Assembly: GCA_963820825.1 (NCBI GenBank)
Contig: CAWGBN010000008.1
Span: forward strand, 448,001 to 512,000
DNA length: 64,000 nt
Source of the DNA: Vulcanimicrobiota bacterium
GTDB lineage: Bacteria > Vulcanimicrobiota > Vulcanimicrobiia > Vulcanimicrobiales > Vulcanimicrobiaceae
Direction: 5' to 3'
Part shown: piece after piece, positions 36,422 to 47,018 of the stretch
Numbering within the stretch: the stretch's first letter is position 1
Layout of the letters: every line of letters begins with the position of its first letter
The notes under the pieces: model-generated
Databases searched by the model: none
The model's input: only the letters and a program-made list of their open reading frames with translations
What the model was told of the DNA's origin: nothing
Position numbers and translations under genes: made by a program

Positions 36422-36601
36422 TTAGATCGTTCGGCTATCGTATGCCCAATGGAACACGGCTTGACGCTGCCGCCGGCCGGGCATCGCTTTCGGCGTGAGC
36501 TGCGGAGCGAAGTCCGCAGCGGTGTTCCGGCCAACCGGCTGGGTTCGATAGTAGACGTAACCGCGTTGCATCTTGTCGTTGACGACGACGCGCGTCTTCA
36601 C
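36422..36601 (-). pseudogene. Internally deleted remnant of a conserved hypothetical protein
   Basis: N-terminus VVNDKMQRGYVY..T.PVGRN...F.P.LTPK.M joined directly to C-terminus RQRQA..HWAYDSR. Confidence 0.55.
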
Positions 36602-36672
36602 GACAACCCGCTTCTCACCTCGCGCGCCGGCCCCTGGGAGTCGACGGGCGAAGGGCGAAGGCTCGTCGCATC

Positions 36673-37788
36673 GTGAAGCCTCGGCCCTTCGCACTCGAAC
36701 GATTCTTCGCGCGCTACGAGTTTCGCGCGCGATACCTGCTCTGCGCCAGCGATCCCGAGTCGATGCCGGTACGCGAGTTGCTCGCGCTCGAGCCGGAGGC
36801 GGAGAGGCGACTGTTGCAACTGCGCCTGAACTATACCGAAACGACGGGAAGCGAGGCGCTGCGGGGCGCAATCGCATCGCTCTACGCTCACGGCGACCCC
36901 GGCACGATTCTGGCAAACAGCGGCTCCGAAGAGGCGATCTTCGTCTTCTTCAACGCCGTGTTGGAGCCGGGCGACCACGCAATCGTGCAGTTTCCCGCGT
37001 ACCAATCGCACTACTCGCTCCCCGAAGCGCTCGGCGCCGAGGTGACGCGCTGGAACTGCGACCTCGACGGATCGGGTGCGCCCGACGTCGACGAGCTGCA
37101 AGCGATGCTCCGGCCGCAAACGCGCGCGATCGTCTTAACGACGCCGAATAATCCGACCGGCTATGCCTTCGATCGCGCGCAGCTCGAGGCGATCGTCGCG
37201 ATGGCACGGCGGCACGGCATCTGGCTCTTGGGCGATGAGGTCTACCGCGGAACCGAACGCGAGGGCGAGCGCGCTCCGTCGGTCTGCGACCTCTACGAAC
37301 GCGGCGTCTCGCTCGGCGGCCTCTCGAAGGCGTACGGACTCGCCGGCTTGCGCATCGGTTGGACCGCAACGCAGGACGCCGCGCTGCGCGAGCGCATGGC
37401 CGCGTTCAAGGATTATTTGAGCATCTGCAACTCGGCGCCGAGCGAGCTGCTCGCCGAGCTGGCCCTGCGTCACAGCGAGCGGCTCGTCGAACGCGTTCGG
37501 GCGATCGTCGCGCGGAACTTGGATCTCCTCGACGAATTCTTTGTACGGCGCGCGCGGTTCTTCGCCTGGCGGCGCCCCCGTGCCGGAACGACCGCCTTTC
37601 CGCGCTATCTGGGCGGCAGCAGCGAAGCGTTCTGCCGCGAGCTCGTCGAACGCGCGGGCGTTCTGCTGCTGCCGAGTGCGCTCTTCGATGCCGGCGACGC
37701 GCACGTGCGTTTCGGATACGGCCGAGCGAATCTCCCCGAAGCGCTCGGCGCGCTCGACACGTTCCTGACCGAAAAGGAGCCATCGTGA
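36673..37788 (+). CDS. PLP-dependent class I/II aminotransferase
   Basis: PNNPTG, DEVYR, SKAYGLAGLRIGW. Confidence 0.9.
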   Translation: MKPRPFALERFFARYEFRARYLLCASDPESMPVRELLALEPEAERRLLQLRLNYTETTGSEALRGAIASLYAHGDPGTILANSGSEEAIFVFFNAVLEPGDHAIVQFPAYQSHYSLPEALGAEVTRWNCDLDGSGAPDVDELQAMLRPQTRAIVLTTPNNPTGYAFDRAQLEAIVAMARRHGIWLLGDEVYRGTEREGERAPSVCDLYERGVSLGGLSKAYGLAGLRIGWTATQDAALRERMAAFKDYLSICNSAPSELLAELALRHSERLVERVRAIVARNLDLLDEFFVRRARFFAWRRPRAGTTAFPRYLGGSSEAFCRELVERAGVLLLPSALFDAGDAHVRFGYGRANLPEALGALDTFLTEKEPS

Positions 37789-38381
37789 GAATACTTATCG
37801 TCGGTGCGAACGGCACCATCGGCAAGGCCGTCGCCTCGGAGCTCGCGCAACGCCACGAGATCGTCACCGCCGGACGTTCCAGCGGCGACCTGCGGGTGGA
37901 CATCGCCGATCCGCAGAGCATCGCCGCGATGTTCGCGCAAACGGGAAGACTCGGCGCGGTCGCCTGCGCCGCCGGCAACGTGCACTTCGGGCCGCTCGAC
38001 TCGATGACGCCCGAGCAATTCGACGTGGGCCTGCGCGACAAGTTGATGGGGCAGGTCAATCTCGTGCTCGGCGGACGCGCGTTCGTCGAAGCTGGCGGTT
38101 CGTTCACGCTGATCGCGGGGATCCTCTCGCGGGATCCGATACGATTCGGCGCCTCCGCATCGATGGTCAACGGCGCGATCGAGAGCTTCGTGCGCGCTGC
38201 GGCGATCGAGCTTACGCCGCATCGCGTCAACGCCGTCAGCCCGACGGTACTCGAAGAATCGATGGACGCGTACGGTTCGTACTTTCCCGGATTCGAAGCC
38301 GTGGCGGTGCATCGCGTCGCGCTCGCCTACTCCAAGAGCATCGAGGGCGCGCAGACCGGCCAAGTCTACCGCGTACCTTAG
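37785..38381 (+). CDS. Short-chain dehydrogenase/reductase
   Basis: GTG overlaps upstream TGA; VGANGTIG, KLMGQVNL, RVNAVSP. Confidence 0.88.
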   Translation: MRILIVGANGTIGKAVASELAQRHEIVTAGRSSGDLRVDIADPQSIAAMFAQTGRLGAVACAAGNVHFGPLDSMTPEQFDVGLRDKLMGQVNLVLGGRAFVEAGGSFTLIAGILSRDPIRFGASASMVNGAIESFVRAAAIELTPHRVNAVSPTVLEESMDAYGSYFPGFEAVAVHRVALAYSKSIEGAQTGQVYRVP

Positions 38382-38409
38382 ATGACACCGGCGGCGACGT
38401 GGCGTAAGC

Positions 38410-39414
38410 ATGCTTATGAACGGTAGAACGATCGGCAGCGGCGCGCTGACGTGCTGCATGTTACTCTTGGCCGGGTGTGGCGGATCGAACGCAACGGCGA
38501 GTACCGGCGCGCTCGTGCCCGCTTCCGCGAACGCCGGAGGCCACTTCCGGAGCTGGATTTCGCCCGAAGCGAAACGCGCGAAAGAGCTGCTCTACGTCGC
38601 CGATCCCACGGGAAGTCCGTCGTTCAGCGGACACATCGACATCTTCGAGATGCACGGCGTCACGTCGTCGTACGTCGGCTCGATCCTCGATACCGAGGAT
38701 CCCAACGGTATGACCACCGATGCCGCGGGCAATCTCTACGTAACCGACCTCGGGGTCGCGACCGAAGGCCCGGGCATCGGTGACATCAAGGTCTATCCGA
38801 AGGGTTCGACCAGCTACTCGCGCCTGATCGTACCGGCCGACTGGGTTCCCTTCGACATCGCCGTCGGCCGTGACGGAACCATGGACGTTGCGAATATCGC
38901 GCCGGTCGGCTACTTCAATCCCGGCTCCGTCTCGGTCTATCCGCCCGGCGCGAGCCAGCCGAAGCGCGTGCTGCAGCTCAATAACTTTCAGGTCGACGGC
39001 ATAACGCGTCACGCGCAGACATCGACGATCTACATCTCGTATCAGACGAATTCCGGTAACGGACGGATCGCCGAGTTCAAGCGCGCGCGCGGCGAAGCGG
39101 TCGATTTGGGCGTCTCGTTTCCCGAGCCGTGGGGGCTACTCGAAGACGGCAACGATAATCTGCTTGCCGCCGTCGGCAGCGGCACGATCGACGTCTACTC
39201 GGAGGCGACGAAGCAGCTCGTTTCGCAGATCGCCGTTCCCAACGGCGCGATGTGGGAAGCCTTCAACCGCAAACGAACCCATCTCTTCGTTTCGAACTTC
39301 GACCAAGTCGAGATTCTGAGCTATCCGGCCGGGAGAGTCATCGGAACGGTCAACCACGACTACAGCAAGTCGAACTATCCGACCGGAGTCGCCGTTTGGC
39401 CGCCGCCGCAGTAA
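38410..39414 (+). CDS. NHL/beta-propeller lipoprotein
   Basis: LAGC lipobox; LLYVAD, P.GMTTDAAGNLYVTD, PTGVAV. Confidence 0.78.
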   Translation: MLMNGRTIGSGALTCCMLLLAGCGGSNATASTGALVPASANAGGHFRSWISPEAKRAKELLYVADPTGSPSFSGHIDIFEMHGVTSSYVGSILDTEDPNGMTTDAAGNLYVTDLGVATEGPGIGDIKVYPKGSTSYSRLIVPADWVPFDIAVGRDGTMDVANIAPVGYFNPGSVSVYPPGASQPKRVLQLNNFQVDGITRHAQTSTIYISYQTNSGNGRIAEFKRARGEAVDLGVSFPEPWGLLEDGNDNLLAAVGSGTIDVYSEATKQLVSQIAVPNGAMWEAFNRKRTHLFVSNFDQVEILSYPAGRVIGTVNHDYSKSNYPTGVAVWPPPQ

Positions 39415-40970
39415 TGCCGCCGCGATCCGCAACGCCCGGTTTGAGCCGCGGCGCGCAGTGGGCGGCGTGGAGCGTCGCCGCCATCGTCGCGATCGTCCAT
39501 CTCGCGGTCGCGCCGCAGTACGGCATCTTTCGCAACGAACTCTACTTCATCGTCTGCGGACGCCATCCGGCCTTCGGCTACGTCGATCAGCCGCCGCTCG
39601 TGCCGTTGCTCGCGGCGCTCACGCAAGCTGCCGGCGTCAACGCGTGGCTGCTGCGGATTCCGGCGATCCTCGCCGCGGCATTCTTGGTGCCGGTCACCGT
39701 CGCGCTGGCACAGCTGCTCGGCGCGACCACGCGCGGCGCATGGCTCGCCGCCGTCGCCGCCGCGAGTGCAACGCTCGTCACCGCGATGACCGCGACGCTC
39801 TCCACCGCAACCTTCGAGCCGATTGCCTTCACCGCGATCGCTTATTTCGTCGCACGCGCGATGCTCTACGACGAACCGCGCTCGTTTTGGTGGGCGGGCG
39901 CGATCCTGGGCGTAGCCTTCGAAGCGAGGTACGGTGCGCTCTTTTGGTACGTGGGAATCGCCATCGGGCTCTCGCTCGCCGGTCCGCGCGCGCCGCTTCG
40001 CTCGCGCGACTTCTGGATCGGCGTTCTAATCGCGGCGGTCCTCGCGCTGCCGAACGTCGCGTGGCAACTCGCCCACGGTCTGCCGTTTCTCGAGCTGGTA
40101 CGTAACGATAATAGCGGTAACTTCACCGGATCGCCGATCGCATTTACGATCGGACAGATCTTCTCGGTAAACTTCTTGCTCGCGCCGCTCTGGATTGCCG
40201 GGATCGTCGCACCCTTCGTATCGGCCCGGCTCGCCGCGTTCCGATTTCTGGCTATCGCCTTCGTTTTCGAGGCGCTCGTCATTCTCACGACGCACGGCAA
40301 GAGCTACTACATGGCCGGCGCCTATCCGGCGATGTTCGCGCTCGGCGCGGCCGCGTGCACGCGCCTTCCATCGATCCTGATCGCACTCTGGGCGGTTCTC
40401 ACAGCCGCCAACGGCGCGCTCGCGCTTCCGCTGGTCTTGCCGGTTCTTCCGCCGGCTCGACTGCAGCACATGCTCGATACCATGTCGTTCCGGCCGCCTC
40501 CGGTCGAAGCGGCGGGGATTGGGGCGCCGCTCATGCAGATGCTCTCCGACGAGTTCGGATGGCCGGAGCTCGCGCGCGACGTCGAGGCCGCATACGCGGC
40601 GCTGCCCGCCGCCGATCGCGCGAAGGCGGCGATTCTCGCATCGAATTACGGCGAAGCCGCGGCGATCGACGTCTACGGCACGAACCTTCCGCCCGCGCTG
40701 AGCGGGAATAACCAATACTACCTCTGGGGACCGCGCGGCTACGACGGATCGGTCGTCCTCGCGGTCAACGGCGACCCGAAAGGGCTATCGGCAATCTGCA
40801 ACTCCGCAACGGTCGTCGCGCGCTTCGGAACGTCGCCGTATGCGATGCCCTACGAACGCGAGCGCCCGATCGTTCTCTGCCGCGGCATGCATCCGCCGCT
40901 GCCGCAACTCTGGCCGTCCTTCAAGGTCTACGGCATCGAACGGCTCGGACGAGCTACATTTCCACCTTAA
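39414..40970 (+). CDS. GT39/ArnT-like membrane glycosyltransferase
   Basis: YGIFRNELYF, AFGYVDQPPL, NYGEAAAI, NQYYLWG. Confidence 0.85.
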   Translation: MPPRSATPGLSRGAQWAAWSVAAIVAIVHLAVAPQYGIFRNELYFIVCGRHPAFGYVDQPPLVPLLAALTQAAGVNAWLLRIPAILAAAFLVPVTVALAQLLGATTRGAWLAAVAAASATLVTAMTATLSTATFEPIAFTAIAYFVARAMLYDEPRSFWWAGAILGVAFEARYGALFWYVGIAIGLSLAGPRAPLRSRDFWIGVLIAAVLALPNVAWQLAHGLPFLELVRNDNSGNFTGSPIAFTIGQIFSVNFLLAPLWIAGIVAPFVSARLAAFRFLAIAFVFEALVILTTHGKSYYMAGAYPAMFALGAAACTRLPSILIALWAVLTAANGALALPLVLPVLPPARLQHMLDTMSFRPPPVEAAGIGAPLMQMLSDEFGWPELARDVEAAYAALPAADRAKAAILASNYGEAAAIDVYGTNLPPALSGNNQYYLWGPRGYDGSVVLAVNGDPKGLSAICNSATVVARFGTSPYAMPYERERPIVLCRGMHPPLPQLWPSFKVYGIERLGRATFPP

Positions 40971-41340
40971 CCAAGCCGACGGTATGGCCTTGGGGATCGC
41001 GGAAGAGACCGATCACCGGACCGTCGGGCACTTGATCGGGGCCCATCATCCGCGCTCCGCCGAGCTTTTCGATTCTCTTGAGCGCAGCAGCAACGTCGTC
41101 GACCGCGATATAGAACGTCACGTGTCCGTCGTAGCCGGCCGGCGCGCCACCGAATCCGCCGTTGATGCCGGACTTCGGCGGCTGTTCGCCGTCGGGGCTT
41201 ACCAAGTAATAATCGGGAACCCGGGCGCCACCGCGGACCGGCTGCTCGGGAATTTGCCAACCGAAGGCCTCGCGGTAGAAGCCCGCGAGTCGCTTGGGGT
41301 CGCCGCCGAGAATCTCAAAGTGAACGACTGGATTTGGCAT
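40954..41340 (-). CDS. VOC/glyoxalase family protein
   Basis: PVVHFEI, FY..AFGW, YIAVDDV, F.DP.G. Confidence 0.9.
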   Translation of the reverse strand: MPNPVVHFEILGGDPKRLAGFYREAFGWQIPEQPVRGGARVPDYYLVSPDGEQPPKSGINGGFGGAPAGYDGHVTFYIAVDDVAAALKRIEKLGGARMMGPDQVPDGPVIGLFRDPQGHTVGLVKVEM

Positions 41341-41392
41341 GATGCGCAAGATTCGGATACTTTGGCGGCGCGTTCCTCGCTAGAATTGCCCC

Positions 41393-41863
41393 ATGAACGA
41401 TTTTCGCATCACCGGACTCTCACCGGAGCCGTTTTCGCACCTCTTTGGACTCCACGACGCGCAGCTCGCCGCGCTCGGCGTTGCGCGGTACGTCGTGGAT
41501 GCGACGCCCGGGTTTCCCGACCGAATCGAGATGCGCGATCTCGAGCCGGGCGAACGCGTGCTGCTCCTCAACTACGTCCACCAACCGGGCAACTCGCCCT
41601 ATCGCTCGAGTCACGCGATCTTCATCCGCGAAGGGGCGACGGAGCGTTACGATCGCGTCAACGAGATACCCGAGGTCATGCTGATACGCCCGTTGAGCTT
41701 ACGCGCGTTCGATCGCGACGACATGATGGTCGACGCCGATCTCGCCGAGGGAGCGCAGGCCGAATCGCTCGTTCGGCGATTCTTGAGCGACCCTGGCGTC
41801 GCATACATCCACGCGCACAACGCGAAGCGCGGGTGTTACGCGGGGCACATCGAACGCGCCTAG
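41393..41863 (+). CDS. DUF1203 protein
   Basis: PGFPDR...D..PGE..LLLNY, YIHAHNAKRGCY. Confidence 0.88.
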   Translation: MNDFRITGLSPEPFSHLFGLHDAQLAALGVARYVVDATPGFPDRIEMRDLEPGERVLLLNYVHQPGNSPYRSSHAIFIREGATERYDRVNEIPEVMLIRPLSLRAFDRDDMMVDADLAEGAQAESLVRRFLSDPGVAYIHAHNAKRGCYAGHIERA

Positions 41864-41864
41864 G

Positions 41865-42911
41865 ATGCGCATCAAACCGCTCCCGTCGATTCTCGGCGCC
41901 GTGCTGCTGCTCGGCACGGTGCCCGTTCCGGTGACGACGACGCCGCAGCCGGATAATGCTGGCCGGATCGCCGATCGTCAGCTTCTCGTGCAAACGCCGC
42001 TCGGCAGAGGCTACGCGCGGTACTTCGGGACGGCCTCGCTCGACGGCGATTCGACCGTAACGCGAGCGCTCATCATCGTGCACGGCGTCTTGCGCGACGC
42101 CGATTACTACTACGATACCGGCGTTATCGCTGCGAATGCCGCCCACGATCTCGCGCAGACGTTCGTCATCGCGCCGCAGTTCGTCGAGCAAAGCGAACTT
42201 GCCGGGCAGCACGTTTCGCCGAAGACGCTCTACTGGAGCGGCCGCTGGCCGGGCGGATCGGACGCGATCGCTCCCGCGCCGATCAGCACGTACGACGTCT
42301 TCGACGCGATGATCGCACGCCTCTCGGATGCCCGCCGCTTTCCGAAGCTGCGCGAGATCGTGATCGCCGGTCATTCGGCCGGCGGACAGATCGTGCAGCG
42401 TTACGCGGTGGCCGGCAAGGCGACGCAGCTCGATCCGGGAGCGCGGGTGCCGGTGCGTCTGATCGTATCGAATCCGTCGTCGTACTTCTACTTTACCGAC
42501 TGGCGCCCCAAGCCGCAGCCGAAGTGTTCGGACGTCGATCGCTGGCGGTACGGACTCGACGGCGCGCCGCGATACGTCACCGGCACCGCAGCCGAGCTCG
42601 AAGCGCGTTACGTTCGCCGTCGCGTCGTCTATCTTATGGGGACGGCCGACACGAATCCGCACGAAGACGATCTCGACCAGAGTTGCGGCGGCGAGGCACA
42701 GGGGCCCTACCGTTTCGCCCGCGCGAAATACTTCATCGCGTACGTCGCGCGCCGCCACCCGGATGGAACGAACCAAGAGTACGCCTTCGTGCGCGGCGTC
42801 CCGCACGACAACCGGCGAATGTTCACATCGGAGTGCGGGCTCGGCGCGATCTTCGGCGGCAGCCGGTCGAGTTGCGCCGCCGCCGGTCCCGTTCGCGCCG
42901 GAGCGCCGTAG
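41865..42911 (+). CDS. Secreted alpha/beta hydrolase
   Basis: HG..RDA, GHSAGGQ nucleophile elbow, signal peptide. Confidence 0.85.
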   Translation: MRIKPLPSILGAVLLLGTVPVPVTTTPQPDNAGRIADRQLLVQTPLGRGYARYFGTASLDGDSTVTRALIIVHGVLRDADYYYDTGVIAANAAHDLAQTFVIAPQFVEQSELAGQHVSPKTLYWSGRWPGGSDAIAPAPISTYDVFDAMIARLSDARRFPKLREIVIAGHSAGGQIVQRYAVAGKATQLDPGARVPVRLIVSNPSSYFYFTDWRPKPQPKCSDVDRWRYGLDGAPRYVTGTAAELEARYVRRRVVYLMGTADTNPHEDDLDQSCGGEAQGPYRFARAKYFIAYVARRHPDGTNQEYAFVRGVPHDNRRMFTSECGLGAIFGGSRSSCAAAGPVRAGAP

Positions 42912-42918
42912 CGAATCG

Positions 42919-43890
42919 CTACTGCTCGACGAGCTTCAACATTTCGGGCGCGTAGCGCTCGCCGGCGGTCAGCGAGGCGAGCCCTTCGAGCCGCGCGATT
43001 TGATCGGCAGTGAGGTTCACGTCGAGCGCGCGAACGTTCTCTTCGAGATAGCGCACGCGCTTGGTGCCGGGAATCGGCACGACGTCGTCTCCACGTGAGA
43101 GCACCCAGGCGAGCGCGACCTGCGCCGGGGTCGCGCCGCACTCGAGAGCGACGGTGCGAACCACTTCGACGATTCGTTCGTTCTTGGCGGCGTTCTCTGC
43201 CGAAAAGCGCGGATGGTTGCGGCGGGCGTCGTTCTCTTCGAGGGCGTGGACTTTGATCGCTCCGGTAAGGAAACCGCGCCCGAGCGGACTATAGGGCACC
43301 AACCCGATGCCGAGCTCGCGTGCCGCCGGCAGCACCTGTTTCTCGACGCGCCGCTCCCAGAGCGAGTACTCGCTCTGCAGCGCGCTGATCGGATGGACGT
43401 CATTCGCGCGCCGCAGCGTCTCCGCGTTCACCTCGGAGAGTCCGAGGTAGCGCACTTTCCCTTCGTCGACGAGCTCCTTCATTGCACCGACCGTCTCTTC
43501 GATCGGCACCGACGGATCGCGGCGGTGTAAGTAGTAAAGGTCGATTCGATCGATTCCCAGGCGCGCGAGCGACTCGTCGGCGACTCGTTTCGCGTTCTCG
43601 GGCCTTCCGTTCACGCCGCGCGCGTCTTCGCCGACTCGAAATCCGAATTTCGTCGCAACGACGACGCCGTCGCGACGGCCGCGCAAGGCTCGACCGACGA
43701 GACGCTCGTTCGTGTACGGTCCGTAGACCTCGGCCGTATCGAGAAAGTTGATGCCGAGTTCGAGCGCGCGATGGATCGTCGCGATCGCCTCCGATTCGTC
43801 GGCCTTGCCATAGGCAAACGACATGCCCATGCAGCCGAGGCCCATCGCCGAGACGGCTAGCCCTTGCGTTCCCAGTCTGCGCTCTTCCAT
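42919..43890 (-). CDS. Aldo/keto reductase
   Basis: [30 protein letters not shown]. Confidence 0.95.
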   Translation of the reverse strand: MEERRLGTQGLAVSAMGLGCMGMSFAYGKADESEAIATIHRALELGINFLDTAEVYGPYTNERLVGRALRGRRDGVVVATKFGFRVGEDARGVNGRPENAKRVADESLARLGIDRIDLYYLHRRDPSVPIEETVGAMKELVDEGKVRYLGLSEVNAETLRRANDVHPISALQSEYSLWERRVEKQVLPAARELGIGLVPYSPLGRGFLTGAIKVHALEENDARRNHPRFSAENAAKNERIVEVVRTVALECGATPAQVALAWVLSRGDDVVPIPGTKRVRYLEENVRALDVNLTADQIARLEGLASLTAGERYAPEMLKLVEQ

Positions 43891-43928
43891 AGGTGCTCTT
43901 CAACGCGCGCGCGCCCCGCGCGGTTGCG

Positions 43929-44837
43929 CTACCCGCTCGCGATCGACTCTTCGGCCGCCGAACGGCTTCCGATCAGAATGAAGACGACGGAGACGATCAC
44001 CGCGGCTCCGCCGGCGAGGATCCGCCAGGTTACCGGTTCGCCGAGCACGACCGCGCCGAGAATAACCGCGACGACCGGATTGACGTAGCCGTAGGTCGCG
44101 ACCGTCGTGGTCGGCAGCATGCGCACGGCATACGCGAAGGCGCTGTAGCCGGCCATCGCGCCCCCGCCGATAAGCCAGAGCATTCCCCAGAGCGATGCCG
44201 CCGTGATCGCCCCGAGGTGCAGGCGCGATCCTTCGCCGATCGCCAAACCGACGAGGATCGAGCAGGCGCCGCCGATCGTCATTTCGAGCGATGCGGTAAG
44301 CGGATGATGCGACGTCCCTCGCGCGTAGACCGATCCCGCCGCCCATGCAAACGACGAGAAGAGAATCAGCCCGGCCATCAGCACGTCGGCATGGAGCGAG
44401 CTCTTACCGACGAGAAAGACGATGCCGATGCTGCCGAGGACGATGCCGGCAAGAGCGAGCGCGCTCGGCATCGTACGCGCGCGAATCGCGTCGAGCACGA
44501 CCATGAAGATCGGCGAGCTCGCAATCAGCAAGGCCGCGGTTCCCGATTCGACGCGCGTCTCGGCCAAGCAGAGTAGCCCGTTGCCGACGACGAGCAAGAG
44601 CACGGCGATAATGCCGATGCGCATCAGTTGCGCGCGGTCGGGCCACGACGGCTTCTCTTTTGCAACGAGCCACTGCAGCGCCAGAAGCAATCCGCCGGCG
44701 ACGACGTAGCGGCAACCGGTCATAAGGTAGGGTGGAATCGTCGCAACCGCAACGCGAATGCCGAGATAGGTCGAGCCCCACAAAAAATAGACCGCGACGA
44801 GCGCGATCCACGGCAAAGCGTTCTCCCGGCGCGTCAC
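43929..44837 (-). CDS. EamA/DMT transporter
   Basis: WGSTYL.IR, YVNPVVAV.LG. Confidence 0.92.
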   Translation of the reverse strand: MTRRENALPWIALVAVYFLWGSTYLGIRVAVATIPPYLMTGCRYVVAGGLLLALQWLVAKEKPSWPDRAQLMRIGIIAVLLLVVGNGLLCLAETRVESGTAALLIASSPIFMVVLDAIRARTMPSALALAGIVLGSIGIVFLVGKSSLHADVLMAGLILFSSFAWAAGSVYARGTSHHPLTASLEMTIGGACSILVGLAIGEGSRLHLGAITAASLWGMLWLIGGGAMAGYSAFAYAVRMLPTTTVATYGYVNPVVAVILGAVVLGEPVTWRILAGGAAVIVSVVFILIGSRSAAEESIASG

Positions 44838-45244
44838 CCGCGAGCGAAGTCGAGACTGAAACCGATGGTGCGCGCCGCGCCCAGATAGGCGTAGCCGAGG
44901 TAGAGGTTCGGCGCGATGCTGCGAATCTCGTCGCGGACGAACCGTGCGAGCGTCGACGTCTTCGAGTAATCGAGCACGATGCAGGGTTTGCCGTCGAGCA
45001 GGCTCGGCCCCGGGTAGACCTGCGCGACGATCGCGTCGATGTGAAACGGGGTAATGCGATTGACGAGACGGCCGCGCGCGGCGTCGAACGTCTTACCTTG
45101 CCAGCCGAGGAGATTCGTCCATTCCGCGAGCAGCTTGCTCACCGGACTCCCCGGTGCGATCAGTGCGAGACCGCGCGCTGGGCCGTCGGGAATCGGACCC
45201 GGTGGGCTTTCGGCATAGAGTGCGACGAGCTCGCGGCCGCTCAT
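44834..45244 (-). CDS. Conserved hypothetical protein
   Basis: WQGKTFD, S.LDGKPCIVLDYS, RDEIR; start uncertain. Confidence 0.7.
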   Translation of the reverse strand: MSGRELVALYAESPPGPIPDGPARGLALIAPGSPVSKLLAEWTNLLGWQGKTFDAARGRLVNRITPFHIDAIVAQVYPGPSLLDGKPCIVLDYSKTSTLARFVRDEIRSIAPNLYLGYAYLGAARTIGFSLDFARG

Positions 45245-45279
45245 CGATAGCAGCCGCTCTTGATGAAGTGCGCTAGCGT

Positions 45280-45471
45280 TCAGGCGGGACTGCCCTCCTT
45301 CACCGCCGAGCGCAGCATCGTTCGCAACTCGGGTGAATCGGCGTGGCGGTGAACCGCGACGGCATGCTGTGCGGCAGCTTCGACGACTTCGTCTTCGTTG
45401 TCCGCGAAGATCGCGATCGTGCAGTTCATTTCGCTGGGATACTCGCGGCAATCGATAAATTTGCGCGCCAT
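45280..45471 (-). CDS. DUF1059 small metal-binding protein
   Basis: RKFIDCREYPSEMNCT...HAVAVH; AAGGAGG RBS. Confidence 0.8.
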   Translation of the reverse strand: MARKFIDCREYPSEMNCTIAIFADNEDEVVEAAAQHAVAVHRHADSPELRTMLRSAVKEGSPA

Positions 45472-45522
45472 AACGTCCTCCTTACGGGCAGTCGTATCGT
45501 TCCGGCGCCTTCAGCCTCCGAA

Positions 45523-46083
45523 TCACCGCTTCCCCTCTGATTCGCGCAGCGCTCCGAGCGTATCCACGTCGAAGAACGCGCCCTCCTCGGCGGTCTCGAC
45601 CGCTCGGCAGCGAAGCTCCGGATCGGCTCGCAGCCGGCGCAGCGTATCGCCGGGCGGCAGTGCGCCGATGCGATCTCGGGCGCGCGGCGATAGCGCGACG
45701 GGATGGCCGGGTTCCCCGTTGCGAACCGGATAGACGACGTCGTCCCCATCCTCGGCCGCGCCGGCGATCGTTTCGACGAGCGCCGTGTCGGCGAGTGGTT
45801 TGTCGCCGAGCAACACGAGGATCGCGCCGTCGCGCGCGACGGCCCGATTCGCCAGCGCCAACGAATGCGTCATGCCCAGCTCGGGCTCGTCGTTCTGAAC
45901 GACCGTGAGATCGGCGCGACCACGCAGATACTCGGCGACCTCCGCTCCGGCGACGACGACGGGCTGCCATCGTGCCGCCGCCGCGATGGCGTGCTCGACG
46001 AGCGGCTTGCCGCGAAACGGCATCAGGAGCTTCTGCCGTCCGACTCGCGACGAGCTGCCCGCGGCGAGAATTACTGCACGCAC
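45523..46083 (-). CDS. mocA: Molybdenum cofactor cytidylyltransferase-like (MocA family)
   Basis: VILAAG.SSR.G..KLL, LGDKP, GHPV, DVDT; cox context. Confidence 0.8.
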   Translation of the reverse strand: MRAVILAAGSSSRVGRQKLLMPFRGKPLVEHAIAAAARWQPVVVAGAEVAEYLRGRADLTVVQNDEPELGMTHSLALANRAVARDGAILVLLGDKPLADTALVETIAGAAEDGDDVVYPVRNGEPGHPVALSPRARDRIGALPPGDTLRRLRADPELRCRAVETAEEGAFFDVDTLGALRESEGKR

Positions 46084-47018
46084 TCGGCGCGATGGATCGC
46101 GCCGAGCCCGGCGCGAAGCGGAGCGCCCTCGCCGCCGCGGCGCACCGCGACGATCTCGGCGAGAATCGAGAGCGCGGTCTCGGCAACCGTTACGCCGCCG
46201 AGATCGAGCCCGACCGGACCGTGGATCCGCGCGAGCGCACGCTCGTCGAATCCTTCGTCGCGTAAGGTCGCGCGCCGCGCCGCCTGCGAGCGGCGGCTCC
46301 CCAGCAATCCGATGTAGGGTGCGCTGGAGTTGAGCGCGCAGCGCAGCGCCGGAAGATCGAACTTCGGATCGTGCGAGAGGACGACGATCGGCGTGCGCTC
46401 CGAGATCATCTTCGGAAGAACGTCCTCGGGCCACGCACGCACGATCTCGGAAGCGTCGGGAACCCGCTCGTCCGTCGCGTAGGACGGCCGCGGGTCGATC
46501 ACGGCGACGTCAAAGTCGAGACGCCGTCCCAGCATCGCCAGCTCGGCGGCGACCGCAGTTGCGCCGACGACCACGAGCTTCGTCTTCGGCTCGAAGACGT
46601 GCTCGAACGCGACGGCCGCGCCATCTTCTCGATCGTACTCGAGATATAGGCGCGCTTCGCGCGCTCCCGAGGCGATCGCGCGTGCTTCATCGGCAAACTC
46701 CGGCTGCGGCCGCCAAACGACGAGCTGCATCACCGCGCCGCATGCCGTGCCGTCCAGCACCTCGTCCTCGCTCGTAAGATTGATGCCGAGACGGCGCACT
46801 TGACCGTCGTGGGCGGTCTTTAGACACGCCTCAACGATCTCGCCTTCGTAGCACCCGGCGCCGATGTTTCCAAAAACGTGGGCATCTTCGTCGACGGCCA
46901 CCGTCGTCCCGATGGGAGCGGTGGCCGCTTCGCGCAGATCGACGAGCGTCGCGAGCGCGAAGCAACGGCCTTCGCCGAGCCATCGGGCCGCGACGCCGAA
47001 GACGTCACGCATCGGCAA
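46071..47018 (-). CDS. XdhC/CoxI family Moco insertion chaperone
   Basis: G.IGAGC.E, CG..M, SHDPKFD, YIGLLGS, GP.GLDLG. Confidence 0.88.
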   Translation of the reverse strand: MPMRDVFGVAARWLGEGRCFALATLVDLREAATAPIGTTVAVDEDAHVFGNIGAGCYEGEIVEACLKTAHDGQVRRLGINLTSEDEVLDGTACGAVMQLVVWRPQPEFADEARAIASGAREARLYLEYDREDGAAVAFEHVFEPKTKLVVVGATAVAAELAMLGRRLDFDVAVIDPRPSYATDERVPDASEIVRAWPEDVLPKMISERTPIVVLSHDPKFDLPALRCALNSSAPYIGLLGSRRSQAARRATLRDEGFDERALARIHGPVGLDLGGVTVAETALSILAEIVAVRRGGEGAPLRAGLGAIHRAECVQ

